This document shows positions 44,601 through 45,313 of a DNA stretch of 45,313 nt, in pieces. The DNA is taken from assembly GCA_000708835.1 (NCBI GenBank), contig DF237617.1, forward strand, positions 1 through 45,313, in the 5' to 3' direction. Within the stretch, counting starts at the first letter, position 1. Each line of letters begins with the position of its first letter. Below the pieces are notes generated by a model. The model did not search any database. It saw nothing but the letters and a program-made list of their open reading frames with translations, and had not been told where the DNA came from. Origin of the DNA: Klebsormidium nitens. Its lineage: Eukaryota; Plantae; Klebsormidiophyceae. The translations under genes were made by a program, and so were the position numbers.

Positions 44601-45313
44601 AAGGGGAAAGGCTGAGGCTCATGGGCCAAGTGGAGGCGGCCGCGATGGAGTACGCGGAGCAAAGGGGGGCAGTTCTAAAGTGGGCCGCCAATTCGGTCCT
44701 CTTCGAGCTCGAGGTCCGCGAGCCCTCATGCTACGAAGAGGGCGGGTTCCTTCGAGCGCCGTCAACACTCTGCGCGGAGCGGGTTGCCGCCGTTTCGGCG
44801 TACGCGTTCCACCCTTTGCTGTACGGGCGGCCGCGATTCGTGGACTGGGAAGACGAGGCGGGCCGTGGAAAGAAGGGGTCGGAGGAGCGTCTAACTCAAC
44901 ACTGCAGCGCCCCCAACCCACGATCATTCAAGGGGCGGGCCGGGATCTTCATCGCATGCTGCCAAGATCGGGCGCCCCTCGGGTACCATTGGCTCAAGGG
45001 CGGCGAGTCGGTCTTGGACCTCGGGACAATTCTCCTGACCCGGTTTCCCTTCAAGACGCTGCGGGGCATGACTGTCGTGGAGGACGCTTCGTGCAACGCG
45101 CAAGAGTGGATGCTGAACCGGGTACCGCAACTGGCAAAGTTCATTCTGTTTGTCGTTGACCGCTTCCATTCGGGGCCCATCAGCTGCGCGCCATCGGGAG
45201 CAAAGCGCTACGCTACGCACACGTGTGCTCCGACACTTTTCATCGACACTTTCCCGCAACATGAGCGGACAATCACGACAGCCTCGGAGGGCATCAATTC
45301 GGGGTTGAAGAGG
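41641..45313 (+). mobile_element. KDZ (Kyakuja-Dileera-Zisupton) transposase, Zisupton/HMGXB3-like; 3'-truncated by the window edge
   Basis: Exon 41641-42699, GT-AG intron 42700-43357, and exon 43358-45313, which I translated by hand as 652 codons with no stop (missing from the ORF track because it has no stop). It has SWIM-like clusters (CLCGQRGCRDH), a CxC4-like PCGRPW...RVC...CCSVAYDGQ|EDGIFNFS...LLSHGLL, VITFDG, and a catalytic core GIFIACC...GES...LLTRFP...EDASCN...MLNRVP...FVVDRFH...HTC...TTASEGINSGLK. Confidence 0.88.
42707..43264 (-). CDS. Intron-nested antisense gene: F-box-like N-terminus + C4 zinc finger + XPA-C-like putative DNA-binding domain (185 aa from the first ATG)
   Basis: Uninterrupted frame from 43351 to TGA 42707, lying wholly inside the transposase intron. 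Segments: VLSIIAENGKLDLEDLSAAACTCK (F-box-like); CLSC-x18-CDDC; YNLLDCVTTMDARRNYQIRDLSGLPWVPDPRPSCKARYYLKWKLILKALQEHNG followed by a basic helix (XPA-C-like). Confidence 0.7.
   Translation of the reverse strand: MNTNAQFGSVLSIIAENGKLDLEDLSAAACTCKDAYDYVGTKVHSYPQSTKMPLPGPHPCIKVYPMQACLSCKQSNLCFRWPFPPHHEAVVCDDCIGRRYNLLDCVTTMDARRNYQIRDLSGLPWVPDPRPSCKARYYLKWKLILKALQEHNGPRGFREARDARDRRAMARLEKKRIARGDDFEE

Overview
Intron-rich eukaryotic nuclear DNA. The GT(G/A)AG and GTACG/GTGCG donors, gene content and composition are consistent with a streptophyte/green alga such as Klebsormidium (inference). Most ORF-track entries are single exons or antisense shadows, so I rebuilt genes by hand from splice sites. 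Left to right: (1) two fold-back/MITE-like elements (301-669); (2) a secreted nucleoside hydrolase with two duplicated Cys-rich exons and a late frameshift (+, 937-5360); (3) an APC-family polyamine/amino-acid permease (-, 6723-12352); (4) IMP3 (+, 13326-15582); (5) three tandem ~5.7-kb paralogs encoding helical/ARM-like + C-terminal MYND-finger proteins (-, 16600-32644), each with a different apparent lesion upstream of the MYND finger; (6) an RTN4IP1-like MDR oxidoreductase (-, 34156-38132); (7) a ~119-bp higher-order tandem array with an internal inverted motif (39150-40350); (8) a KDZ/Zisupton-type transposase (+, running off the window end). The transposase's only detected intron is filled almost edge to edge by an antisense gene resembling F-box + Zn finger + XPA-type DNA-binding domain. 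This nested cargo gene is the best candidate for a novel system. All family calls come from motif recognition; no database search was run.
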